Shown: piece by piece, positions 24,668-36,014 of the stretch | Layout of the letters: each line of letters opens with the position of its first letter | Position numbering within the stretch: position 1 is the first letter of the stretch | Origin: Torpedo marmorata | Taxonomy: Eukaryota | Assembly: GCA_977017645.1 (NCBI GenBank) | Contig: OZ360219.1 | Location: forward strand, 289,416,001-289,480,000 | DNA: 64,000 nucleotides | Reading direction: 5' to 3' | Program-made: the position numbers and the translations under genes | Notes under the pieces: generated by a model | Told to the model about the DNA's origin: nothing | The model's input: only the letters and a program-made list of their open reading frames with translations | Database searches by the model: none

Positions 24668-25375
24668 TCAAGATCAAGATTCCTTTATTAGAACACGAAA
24701 TTGCCTTCTGCCTGACATAAGGCAGACAAAGTTGCCATTAGTGTCGCCTAACCCCTTACAGAATGAGAGAAAGAGAAGCAAATGAGATTCCCTTCAGAGT
24801 CACTGAGTGTCTGTGGATTCGCCTCCAGCGCTCTCGCTACCTCTACAGTTGCACAGATTTCTGTTCGATTTGTGGGCAATGCGAGCTCCAGATCCAAACC
24901 TCCGAAAAGATCAGGAAGCCTTCAGCGCCCGAGGCCCTTCGGGAGCCTCTAGTCCTCAGCACCCTCTCGAATCGCAGTTCCGATACCTGGTTCCCATGAG
25001 CCAGTCTCCAGCAGCCCGAGCGGGTCCCCCCGACCGCGTTGCCCGCAGCCTGTGTGGGTCCTTCAGTTGCTGAGTCCATCGCTGGTCCGCCACCGTGGTC
25101 ACCGTCCTATAGGAACGTCTCCTCTGCTTCTCCTTCTCAAAAGGGGGGGTGTGGGATGGGGGTGTTCTCCCCTTTTCCTGTGTCCAGTCTGCTGCTCTTC
25201 AGAGTCTGCAACCCCTCGAGGCCGCTGCCGAGCACAGGCGCTGCCATCTTGGGCACAGACCCCGCGGGTGCAGGATTTTAGTTTTAAAACACCATCGGCT
25301 CCTCCAAAAGGACTTTAACACCTGTATGGAGCCACTGGCATTAGGACCAAGCGGTTGAACCATTCGGAGCAGTGC
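24668..25375 (-). mobile_element. Unclassified non-autonomous retroelement, copy 1
   Basis: Collinear similarity to 56983-57740 (cactgagtgtc.gtggatt.gcct.cagcgctc...ccagatccaaacctccgaa...gatacctggttc.catgagccagtctccagca). Minus-strand tail aataaaggaatcttgatcttga. Confidence 0.7.
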
Positions 25376-25429
25376 GGTGTCTCCGTTCCCCGGGGTCCAC
25401 TCCAGCTTCACGCAATGACACAGCACTCA

Positions 25430-25812
<383 letters not shown>

Positions 25813-26499
25813 CTGCTTGAATGAAAAATGATTCAGATTTGTTACCAACCACTATACGTTGCTGAGAAATCTCAGTTTAAACAGTTGGAGAATGCAGACA
25901 GTATGAAAGGCTGCCATTCTTGGGCTGCTTTCTTATTCAATGTTCCATTCCTCATTTTATTACTTGGTATTCTACCATTACTGCATTGCATTTGGAGATG
26001 GAGATAAAAGCTTGAGGCAAAGCACTCGGTTTTATAGAATAATGTCTATTATTATTCAGTACAGGTTCTGTCACTCCAGGATAGTAGGCTTGTGGCCTGG
26101 TTTGCTCCAGCTGCCATATTAATCATCATCATTGGGGCTGTAAGGAGGGGGCTGGCATCGGTGTCACAAGTGCTATATTAAGCACTTAATCAATCAGATT
26201 GCTGCATTTCTGTGCAGCTTGGATGAATGGATGGTGGTCACGCAAGGCTCAGAAGCTTGAGTAACTGGGATGTGTGGGTCAGTCTTTAACTGGAGTAGGC
26301 AGCCCAGACATGGTCAGTAAATCTCAGCTGTGGACTGCAGCTCCATTCATCCTACATCTGACATGATGCAGCAAAGCCTCAGACCAATAACGGAAACAGA
26401 GAATGCTGGGAAAACTCAGCACGTCAGGCCGAGGGAAACAGCATTTAATGGCTACACAACCAAGAGCGAATCTAGACAGAAGGCGAGACTAACTTGTTA

Positions 26500-26866
26500 C
26501 AGTAAAAGTCCAAAAATCCGGATGCCAGAAATTCGGACCAACCGAGAATTTGGACTTTTCAAAAACTGTCAAACTTTTAAAATTTAGTGGGCTTTTGTGT
26601 GTGTGTGTGCACGTGTAAGCGCCACAGATGCACAGCGGCAACAAGCCACCACGCTTTTTGTCAAGCGTTGACTTTATTTTTCTTTAAAACTGCTCGTTTT
26701 GATAAATGAAGCATGCTGTATTTGCCAATGAATAAACTATCAAAATTTACCTGTTCATCTCTTCTTTATCCCTCCTTAAATTTGAATTTAAAAAGTACTG
26801 CCCAAGAATCTGGAAAATATGGACCGAACCAATCCCCGAGCAGTCCGGATTTTCGGACTTCTAGTG
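26500..26866. mobile_element. Tc1/mariner (Tigger-like) MITE, copy 2
   Basis: ta|cagtaaaagtccaaaaatccgg ... ccggattttcggacttctagtg|ta. Confidence 0.82.
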
Positions 26867-26959
26867 TACTCTTTCTGGTTCACAAAAGCATAACTGAATT
26901 CACCTTCAAATGGCCTGAGTTACAATATGCTCTAAACTCTTGTATCTACTTTCTGTTAC

Positions 26960-27147
26960 CTGTCGCTTCAATGGGAACTTGGAGAGTTTTTGCACCGGGG
27001 GTGGGTTGAGAGTTTTCTTTGAGGATGTTCGCATTCTGCACATGATCACTATAATAACAGTCAGAATGATAAGGACACAACCCGTCACATATATGAGGAC
27101 GTCTGCATAGACTGAACCAGAGTCTTCCTCCTTCACCAAGTCTTCAG
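26960..27147 (-). CDS. FGFR3: FGFR3 transmembrane exon (188 nt with GT donor; extends to 26954 if the /GA donor is used)
   Basis: cag|CT GAA GAC ... CGA CAG|gtaaca|gaaagt. Translates AEDLVKEEDSGSVYADVLIYVTGCVLIILTVIIVIMCRMRTSSKKTLNPPPVQKLSKFPLKRQ(VT). Confidence 0.96.
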
Positions 27148-27222
27148 CTGCAGGGAAAACATTGTGAAAAACAAGTTACAAGGCTGTACCATGGATCTTC
27201 TGTGCTTCAACACATTGATCAG

Positions 27223-27538
27223 TTTAAAGAATAAAAATATTGTTGAATACCATGCGTCGAGCTGTGGACCCAGCAGCGATCCGTACAGATGTTTTTATTA
27301 AGTAATACCAATGCCTTCTTTTATGTTTTCTTTTTTAGTTTTTAGTAAGGGGGGGAATTAAAGGGAGGGGAAGGATGGAGGGTGGGGTAGAAATATTATA
27401 GGGGGTGGGTTAAGGGATGGGTTAGATACACTGTAATACAAATTATGTTTTTATTTACTGGAATTAATGATGTATATTACATATGTTGTACTACTGTGCG
27501 AAAATTCAAAATTTAAAATAAAATATATTTTTTTTAAA
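27223..27538 (+). mobile_element. Heavily 5'-truncated L1/Tx1-like 3' end
   Basis: T-rich then G-rich 3'UTR with aataaa and A-tail, like the end of 45953-47348. 14-bp TSD aacacattgatcag at 27209-27222 and 27539-27552. Confidence 0.7.
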
Positions 27539-27730
27539 AACACATTGATCAGCAATACTTGGGCAGGAAAGCTCACCTTTTAATGTCTCATTTTATAGGT
27601 ACAATGTAGTTTAATAAAAGCAACCCAAAATACAATTGCCCCTATGGTCACTTAACCAAAGGAATTGATGCAAACATTGTTAAAAAAAAGTTTTAAAAAA
27701 CTTCAGGAAGTGGAGATTTTTAGCCTTCTT

Positions 27731-28696
27731 GTAAAAACACAAAATGCTGGAGAAACCGGGCAGGTCAAACAGTGTCCTTTATATAGCAAAGATAAAAATA
27801 CATAACCGACGTTTCGGGCTTGAGCCCTTCATCAACGTATGGAAAAATGTCAGCAGGCATCCGAATAAAAGGGTAAGGGTGGTCGCAAAAGCAGGAGGTA
27901 ATAGCTGGAGATGGGAGGGAGGGCACAGCAGCAAGCAGGGGGAGGAGGGATGGCTCGATGAATAGAGAAGGAAGGGGGTGGAGAGCTGACAGGGAGAAGG
28001 GAAAGGAGGGGGAAAGGAGATCAGGTCAGCAGAAACCGGAAAAGTCGATGTTAATACCATCCGGCTGGAGAGTGCCCAGACGGAAAATCAGGTGTGGTTC
28101 TTCCAATTTATGGGTGGTCTTGGTGGGATAGTACATAAGGCCATGGACAGACATGTGAGTATGGGAGTGTGACACAGAACTGAAATGGTTGGCTACTGGG
28201 AGGTCTCTGTCACTGGTGCGGATGTAGTGAAGGTGCTCAGCGAAGTGATCTCCCAGTCTGCGCCCAGTCTCTCCGATGTAGAGAAGGCCACAACGGGAGC
28301 ACCGGATGCAGTAAATCAATCCTGCAGATACACAAGTGAAGTGTTGCTTCACTTGAAAGGCCTGTTTGGGGCTCCGGACCGTGGTGAGGGAGGAGGTGTG
28401 GGCGCAAGTGTGGCACCTCCTGAGGCCACAGGGGAAGATGCTGGGGGGGGGGGGAATTGGTGGGGAGGGTCGAGTGCACGAAGGAGTCACGGAGGAAGGC
28501 AGAGAGGGGAGAGGGGAAGATGTGTCTGGTGGTGGGATCCTGTTGTAAGTGCCGGAAATTCCAGAGGATAATGTGTTGGATGCAGAGGCTGGTGGGGTGG
28601 TAGGTGAGGATGAGGGGAATCCTGTGTTTGTTGCATCTGGGGGCACAGGGGGCCTGGGAAGATGAGGGGGAAATGGAGGAGAAGCGGGTGAGGGCT
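27731..28696 (-). mobile_element. Penelope-like retroelement copy 2 (GIY-YIG, frameshifted), running into an assembly gap
   Basis: ORF 28026-28646 contains GLIYCIRCSRCGLLYIGETGRRLGDHFAEH...LIFRLGTLQPDGINIDFS. Same pLTR as copy 1. Confidence 0.9.
27801..27841 (-). ncRNA. Minimal hammerhead ribozyme-like motif in Penelope pLTR
   Basis: Minus strand CAUACG-UUGAUGA-AGGGCUCAAGCCC-GAAAC-GUC-GGUUAUG. Confidence 0.55.
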
Positions 28697-28868
28697 NNNN
28701 NNNNNNNNNNNNNNNNNNNNNNNNNNNNNNNNNNNNNNNNNNNNNNNNNNNNNNNNNNNNNNNNNNNNNNNNNNNNNNNNNNNNNNNNNNNNNNNNNNNN
28801 NNNNNNNNNNNNNNNNNNNNNNNNNNNNNNNNNNNNNNNNNNNNNNNNNNNNNNNNNNNNNNNNNNNN
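28697..28868. other. Assembly gap (172 N)
   Basis: Run of n characters. Confidence 1.
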
Positions 28869-28949
28869 CTACCACGACTGTCATTCACCTCTGTTTAACA
28901 AGCAGAACCTGACTCTTATTTTCACCAGCTATGATAAGACTGCACCTGC

Positions 28950-29435
28950 ATTATTGTGTGCAGATCTGGTTGCCAGACTATAGGAAGGATGTGATTAAGC
29001 TGCAAAGATTCACACAGATGTTGTCAGGACTGCAGGATTTGAATTAGGATCGGCTGGGACTGTTTTCTCTGGAGGCTGAAGGCTGTCCTTGCAGAGGTTC
29101 ATAAATTCATAATGATCATAGATGAAGTGGATGGTCACACTTATTCCCCAAGGTAGGGGAGTCGAAAACTAAAGGACATAGGTTTAAGGTGAGAGGGAGA
29201 AAGAGTTAAAGGGGACCTCGTGACACCTTTTTCTTGCAAAGGGTGTGGGTATATGGAACAAGCTGCTAGAGGATGTGGTAGAGTCAAGTACAAATACAAC
29301 GTTTAAAACACATTTGTTCAAGTTCACAGACAGGAAAGTTTAGGGGCCAAGTGCAGGCAAATAGGACTTGCTCAGGAAGCCACCTCGGTGGGCATGGATG
29401 AATCGGGCTGAAGGGCCTGTTTCTGTTCTGTATTA
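28950..29435 (+). mobile_element. CR1 LINE 3' fragment (degenerate)
   Basis: attgtgtgcagatctggttgcca...aggaaggatgtg...aaaggacataggtttaaggtgagaggg...gggctgaagggcctgtttctgttctgta. Confidence 0.8.
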
Positions 29436-29696
29436 CTCGAGGACTCACCATGGGGAGGTTACAGAGTGGGTTACTGAGCACTGCAGAGCAAGACTGTTCC
29501 AAGTGGTCAGGGTGCTATTATTGGTCTCATGTTGCTAAGGCAAAGATAAAACCCAGCAAGTACCTGAAATTACTTCCAGTTACTGCTAATTGAATTGGCA
29601 TAGAACAGCTGAGGGGTGCTTGAGCATGCAGTGTTGGGGGGAGAGACAGACCGGACCTCGTTTGATACCAGCCATGGCTGAAATGGGTAGGGAGAG

Positions 29697-29918
29697 TAAA
29701 AAACACAAATGCTGGAGAAACTAAGCAGGTCAAACAGCGTCTTTTATGTAGCAAAGGTAGGAATACATAACCGACGTTTCGAAAGGGCTCAAGCCCGAAA
29801 CGTCGGTTATGTATTCCTACCTTTGCTACATAAAAGACACTGTTTGACCTGCTGAGTTTCTCCAGCATTTGTGTTTTTTACTTCAACCACGGTGTCTACA
29901 GATTTTCGTGTTTTACTT
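29697..29918. mobile_element. Miniature fold-back Penelope derivative (~86-bp inverted arms)
   Basis: Arms 29696-29781 and 29796-29881 plus a 37-nt tail. 14-bp TSD atg(g/a)gtagggagag at 29683-29696 and 29919-29932. Confidence 0.88.
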
Positions 29919-31702
29919 ATGAGTAGGGAGAGACAGGGTCACGGCAACGTCCAAGGAATCAGCAAAACACCCATTGTGTAGTTACTTCCATAATAGTTCA
30001 GTAACTGCAAAGGGCTCAAGGCAGTGTTTTGTTTCCCATTTGACCAACTCTCCTCGAATGTCAAAGACTAAAATATGCCTTAAAATAGACCAGGAAATGT
30101 CAGTGGAAAATATTGCCCGTGATAAATGCAATCTATGTAAATAGAACCCCCTTTATCCACAGGCTCTTGTGATGCCCTGGCTACACCGAAGGAAAAATAA
30201 CTTCTTTTCTGGGCACGACATAAACCTGTATCTGGGAGAGTTTTGGTCAGGATGTTGGCACGGAGCCTCAGGAGCAGAATTGGCACTGTGGAGTCGCAAG
30301 GGCCTGGATAGTTGGTGTTGGGTTCTCAGATGTGCCAAAGACGGTACCCTGAGGAAGCATGACCTCTTGAAAATGTTCAGACTACAGCTGGGTTTGGGAG
30401 TTTCATGCGGAATGCTAACGGGTGAATGAATAAAGGTGAAGCTGTTTGACTCCCGCCAGAAATGTCCATTATCATGAATTGTGAACGCCGTTTGCAAGCA
30501 CTCACATAAAATGGTCCCATTCACATCAGACCCTCCTGGTCACCTCCTCCCAGACAACCCAACAGAAGTTTTCAAGGGCAAGGACTTGTGTGGAAAATCA
30601 TTTCATTCCACAACTGCCTCTGCTATTTGTATTTTGTTTCCTTTGCTGTTTAAAGAAAATACTGAGAGACTGTTTCATTCCTTCACTGACATTGCGCTAG
30701 GGGCACAGCTGAGCAAGGTCTGCCTCTCTTATAATAAGGCAACCCCTCTGAAATGCCAGTTAATTGTCATTTCACTGTCATGCAAAAGAGGAGAGTTATT
30801 GTTAAATGTGAACAGTTTGCGAACATTACATTATCTTATATCATTTTACCACCATTAACAATAACATATAAATATACAAATTTCAGTTCACATTGAGGCA
30901 TGAGCAGCGAGTTTGTGTTATGGTGCAATATCCTGCATTACCATTCAATCAATTACTGAAAACAAGCTGACAAAATCATAGCACTTGAGAAACATAACCT
31001 TGATTTGTTATCAATTACTTTGTATTCAAGCAGGAATTTTCACCATCTGGATTCTCTCTATTCAAATCATTGGCTCATACAGAGGTAGATGGAGAACTTT
31101 CGTTGAAGGAGTTAGAGAGCTGACATTGTTAGGATGCTAAGCTCACCCAGCAAGACAATGCTTTCTCCTCATGTCTTCAAGAGATGTCCACCTGTACCTG
31201 GCTGAGGACATAACCACCGTGTGGGCTCCCAGCCTGAGGTTCAGCAGACGGAGTTGCTCACCTGGGTGGAGATGAGCCTGGGTCTCTAAGGAAGACCACC
31301 AATTCAGGCAGGTCATGATCATGCCAGCTCCACTGATCCTCGGACCCAAGATTAGGGTTGGCAGAACAAAGAAAGGGACAGACACATGGATTGAATCATG
31401 TGTTTTGTATCAAATGTTGGGAGCAATTTTTTTTGTCTCCAATATTTGAACCAGGGCCGTGCACATCCTAGTGGGTGCCAAAGAAGGCAAGGGTAGCTGA
31501 CACCTGAACCATCAGGGTAGTGTACGGTGGGACGGAAGGAACTGCGTCTTCAAGGGACAAAATCAGAATGCATTTTACAAAGGCAAAGATGGTGAGGACC
31601 CCTGTTTGAAGACATTGTAATTAAAAGAGTACGATCTTCCCATCTTGTGGAAAGCAACGGCAAATAAAAATCACACGGGAGAATCTGAGGAAGCAGAAAT
31701 AC

Positions 31703-31847
31703 CTGGCAGAACGGACAGCCATGCAGAGTGATGCGAATACCCAATAGAATTACCAGCCAAGCAGGTGTATTCCCCTGCATCCTCAAAAGTAACATTTCGC
31801 AAGTACAGAATTTCTATTTCCTTATCCGTTGTGTTAATACCAGCAGT
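31703..31847 (-). CDS. FGFR3: FGFR3 IgIIIc alternative exon (145 nt)
   Basis: tag|ACT GCT ... CCA G|gtatt. Translates [48 protein letters not shown]. Confidence 0.97.
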
Positions 31848-32617
31848 CTACAAAAACAAAACAAAAAGCAAACAGGATAGAAAAAAGGTGAAAGAGAAGA
31901 GGAAACCACCAGGTAAGATATTGATCTTAGCACCTCGGTTAAAGTCCCTGCACACCACACACCTGAAAGCAAGTACAGTAGAAGCACTTGTAAAAGGTTC
32001 CACCCTGCTACAAGGTAGGACCACATGACAGACATTCCTACCTCCGCAACCAGCACAATGAGTCAAGAGTTCCCTTCACCAGGCTTTCACTCTCTCTGTC
32101 CCATTATTAGACATGCAAAAGCAGATAAGTGTTTGAACCTGAATTTTTAAAAAAAATTGACCCACAATTTGAAGGGATTGCTTCAAGTCAGGTCGAAAGA
32201 AGGTGTTTTTTAAGAACTGGAGGATTAAGCAGAAAGGAAAATTAATATAATACAAAGAATATATTCGATGCAGCACAGCAAAAAATATTTGTGAGCAGCC
32301 AAACCTTATTCAGTCCAATGGACAGCGGGAAATTAACAGAAAGGAAAATTGGAGCAAAGAGTCAGATGTAAAAGACAGAATGCAATCCTCTTATCTTGTG
32401 GGAATTTTTTTTTCCTTAGCACAGGGCAGCAGAGGGTTTTTCTTTTATGCAAAGCGAGTAAAGAGGAAAGGATACCACTGATTGGTTGGCAGCCTTCAGC
32501 AGGTTGAGTTCAGTAACATACACAGGATTTTCGTGCCCCATGTCAAGGTGCCAAGGCTGGTGGACGTTAGAGTTGGTACTCAGCGACTTGAGGCCTGGGA
32601 CAGAGGTCTGTGTTTAC

Positions 32618-32768
32618 CTGGTTTCGGTTGGTTGACGTACAGCCAGTGCAGCTTTTCGGCCACGCCAATGAAGTTGGTGGCCCTACACAGATATTCGCCC
32701 TCATCCTGCTCTGTCACATTGTAAAGAATGAGTTTAACGTTTGCTTCAGCGGTTTTACTTATCCACGA
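32618..32768 (-). CDS. FGFR3: FGFR3 IgIIIb alternative exon (151 nt)
   Basis: cag|TCG TGG ... CCA G|gtaaa. Translates [50 protein letters not shown], with the FGFR3-IIIb signature [15 protein letters not shown]. Same phases (0/1) as IIIc. Confidence 0.94.
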
Positions 32769-35700
32769 CTGCAGGAATAGATCACACAGAACAGATCAGT
32801 AGGTCAGGTCAGCCTCACAGCAAAGCTGCAGCCAAGAGCAGCAGACATTCCCAACCAGAGACCTTTGGATGGGGTGGAGTGCAGAGGGAGGGATTGAGAT
32901 CCAGTGTGCTAATCATTCCCCCTAATTGTTCCATCACTAGGCTCAGATGGTGGGTGTTGTGTCCCCCTGTTACCTGACAGACATCTGGACACCTGTGCCA
33001 AAGATCCTGACGGGATCCGAACCCCAATATAATGGTTCAGGCATTTAAAGTTTTTGGAATTAAACTTTCTGGAATGAAAGTCTAACATCGGTGACCCTGG
33101 CTGTTAAACTACTGTTGTAGGGATTCAGCTGGTTCACCGGTGTATTTAAGGGAAAGATAAACTCTGCCCTGACTCACAGCAACGTGGCTGACTCTTAACC
33201 TCCCTCTGAATGTCATTCAGTTCAGAGGAAACTAGGAATTGGAAATAAATACTGCTTTGGCTGACAGCCTACATCCCATTCATGAAAAGAAAATTCTTAC
33301 CAGTGTAAGGAGGTGAAAATCTCATCCAATCGTTCTTTTTCCTCAATATGCTGGGGCAATGGTGATTCCTTGTCTACCCTAACATGGGGGTGTGCTGAAG
33401 GACTGGGTGAGTTGGTCGCCAAACACGTTCTCACTGGTGGCCAGCTTTACAGTCAAGTTTGACAGGTAACCCACCCACAGGTCAGATATTCAGTAGGCCA
33501 CATTGAAATCCTTCTCCAACAATGCCTCAAGGTTTTCTGCTCCATGGGAATATGCTGATCTAATCTAAGCATTTGGGGGAATTCTGATTAGTAAACCTCT
33601 GAAGGAATAAGTTGCAAGAAATCATACATTCTAATATATTATAGGACCTCTCCCATCCTGGTCATACACCCTTCCTCCCTTCCGTCAGGCAAAACATACA
33701 TGTGCTTGAAAATACAAACGTCCAGATTTAGGGACAGTTTCTTTCCTGCTGTGATCAAATGGAAATGGATCTTTCACTGGCATAAGATGATATCCTTGCA
33801 CTGTTTCTAACGACACCTTTCTCTATACCCTCCACTATTGGACTTATTATAACACTACTCCCTACACTGCTATTCATTTACCGGGGTATTTGTTTATTTG
33901 TCATTATTGCATTATCTGCTGTGTGCCTGGATAGCACATAAAACAAAACTTTTGACTGTACCTCAGTGCACATAACAATGAACAATTCAATTAATCAATC
34001 AATAAATCAATCAATCAAAGCCCTAATCCTGGGATACAAGCCCAAAATCCTTAATTATGGAAGGGATAAAAAAGAGGCTCTTGATTTTCTCCAGTTGAAC
34101 ACAAATGTTACGCCTTTAACCCCAGGTTCTTCACTTCACTTAGTTGAAATGAGAGAGTAATTAGCAGTTCGGCTTGAGGCAGTGGTGCGGTGGGTGATTT
34201 CCAGGTTTTGTGAATGGTAAGAGGGCAGTTAGATTTCCATTTTAATTTTTGATCACAAGAAAGATAATACTATTTTCCATTAAGCAGCAAGATCAATCTG
34301 CACAAAACTCATCTAATAAACTCCCTGTGTCACCATGTTTCTTTAACACTTGATGATTCTAAGCTAACATATTTTTAAAAATACTTGCCATTGTCCATTA
34401 CTGTGCAGGGTGTTGTGGATTAACAGTGCAGGAGGGGGATAACTCTGTTTTTAATGGGAGCCCCGGCCCTCTTCTTTCTGTTGCCATCTGCCACGTTCTA
34501 TAAAGAATCCCTCCAGCCCCCAGCAAGCCCTCCAGACAAGAAAACAGGTGTCCACTGTCCAGGCCCACACTGACCCCTCCCCACCATCCCCCGCTGCCCC
34601 ATCTCCAGCTGAGCGTTCCTTTAGTCAGCCCACCAACCAACCCCAAGTACTTTGCTGATTTGCTGATTGGTTGTTTGGAGCGACTAGTTCATTGACCAGG
34701 CGTTCCTACGGCCCCGGCTCTTTGATCTGAAGCCACAGTAATCAGGAAGCAAACCACATGGGCTTTGCAAAGTTTCACTGACATTTACTGTCCACTTCCA
34801 GCTGCCTTGAGAAGACTAAACTATTACATCGGGCAGGAAAGAGTCAGCCACGTCAGGACTTGGAGTCACTCACTAATCAGACCAAGCTGGGAAGCAGGTT
34901 TAACACACTGAAAGATGTCAAGGAAACATTTTTTGTTTGTTTACAATATCTGATTACTTCAAGGTCATTTAAAATGGCACCAGGGTCATTAAGAAGCCAA
35001 ATTACTTTTCTTACTGTGAAAGAACCTGCATTTATATACTGAATTTTTAAATCTCTGGCACCTCAAGGTGGGTTACAACCGAATGGGACTACCTTCAAAG
35101 TTCATTCACTGTAATTTGCACACAGGACCCTGTGACCTGCTGGGTAATCTATTTTAGTTACATTAATTGAGGGACAATTATTGACCAGAACCGTGGGGAA
35201 AACATTGTTGCTATTCTTCATGAGTGTTATTGGATCATTTAAATCCATCTGTGATGTGGTCACGACCTTGGTTTAATGTCTCATCTGACAGTCTATTCAG
35301 AGTCATACAGCGGCGAAACAGGCCCTTTGGCCTTCTGGGTCTGCACTACCCACCAACCACCATTTATAGTAAGCCCACTTTTATTCTGTCTACATTCCCA
35401 TCAACTTTTCCCACATTCTACCAGTCGCACAGGAGTAAATTTACAGTGGCCAGTTAACTCCCCCAACCCTTGCGCCTTTGGGGCGTGGGAGGAAAACTGG
35501 AGCCCCCGGAGGAACCCAACGCAGTCAGAGGGAGAACTCCACACAGACGGCACTCAAGGTGAGGACTGGATTAAGGTCGCTGCATCTGTGAAGCTGCAGC
35601 TCCGCTGGCTGGGCCACGATGCTGCCCCAGTTGAGTGCTTCCTCTGTATTTACACTGGAGCAGCAGCCTGGATTTGTGAAACTGTTCCCGGTGAGGGATT

Positions 35701-35850
35701 TCAGTCCTCCACCCTGTGATTCAGACCAAGAGGGCAGGCAAAAACAGTCACAAAGTATGGTGTTTTTCCTTAATGGAACAGCAATCATCTAAGGTTTTGG
35801 AACTGGCCTTCAGGACTTTTTAAGGAAAAGAGGCTTTCATGTATCTAATG

Positions 35851-36014
35851 CAGTGGTTCTCAACCTTTTTCTTTCCACTCACATACCACCTTAAGTAATC
35901 CCTTACTAACCACAGAGCACCTGTGGCATCCTATGATGCCACAGGTGCTCTGTGGTTAGTAAGGGATTACTTAAGGTGGTATGTGAGTGGAAAGAAAAAG
36001 GTTGAGAACCACTG
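35851..36014. mobile_element. hAT (Charlie-like) MITE forming a perfect 80-bp hairpin
   Basis: TIR cagtggttctcaacc. Arms 35851-35930 and 35935-36014 with loop ctat. Perfect 8-bp TSD atctaatg. Confidence 0.93.
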
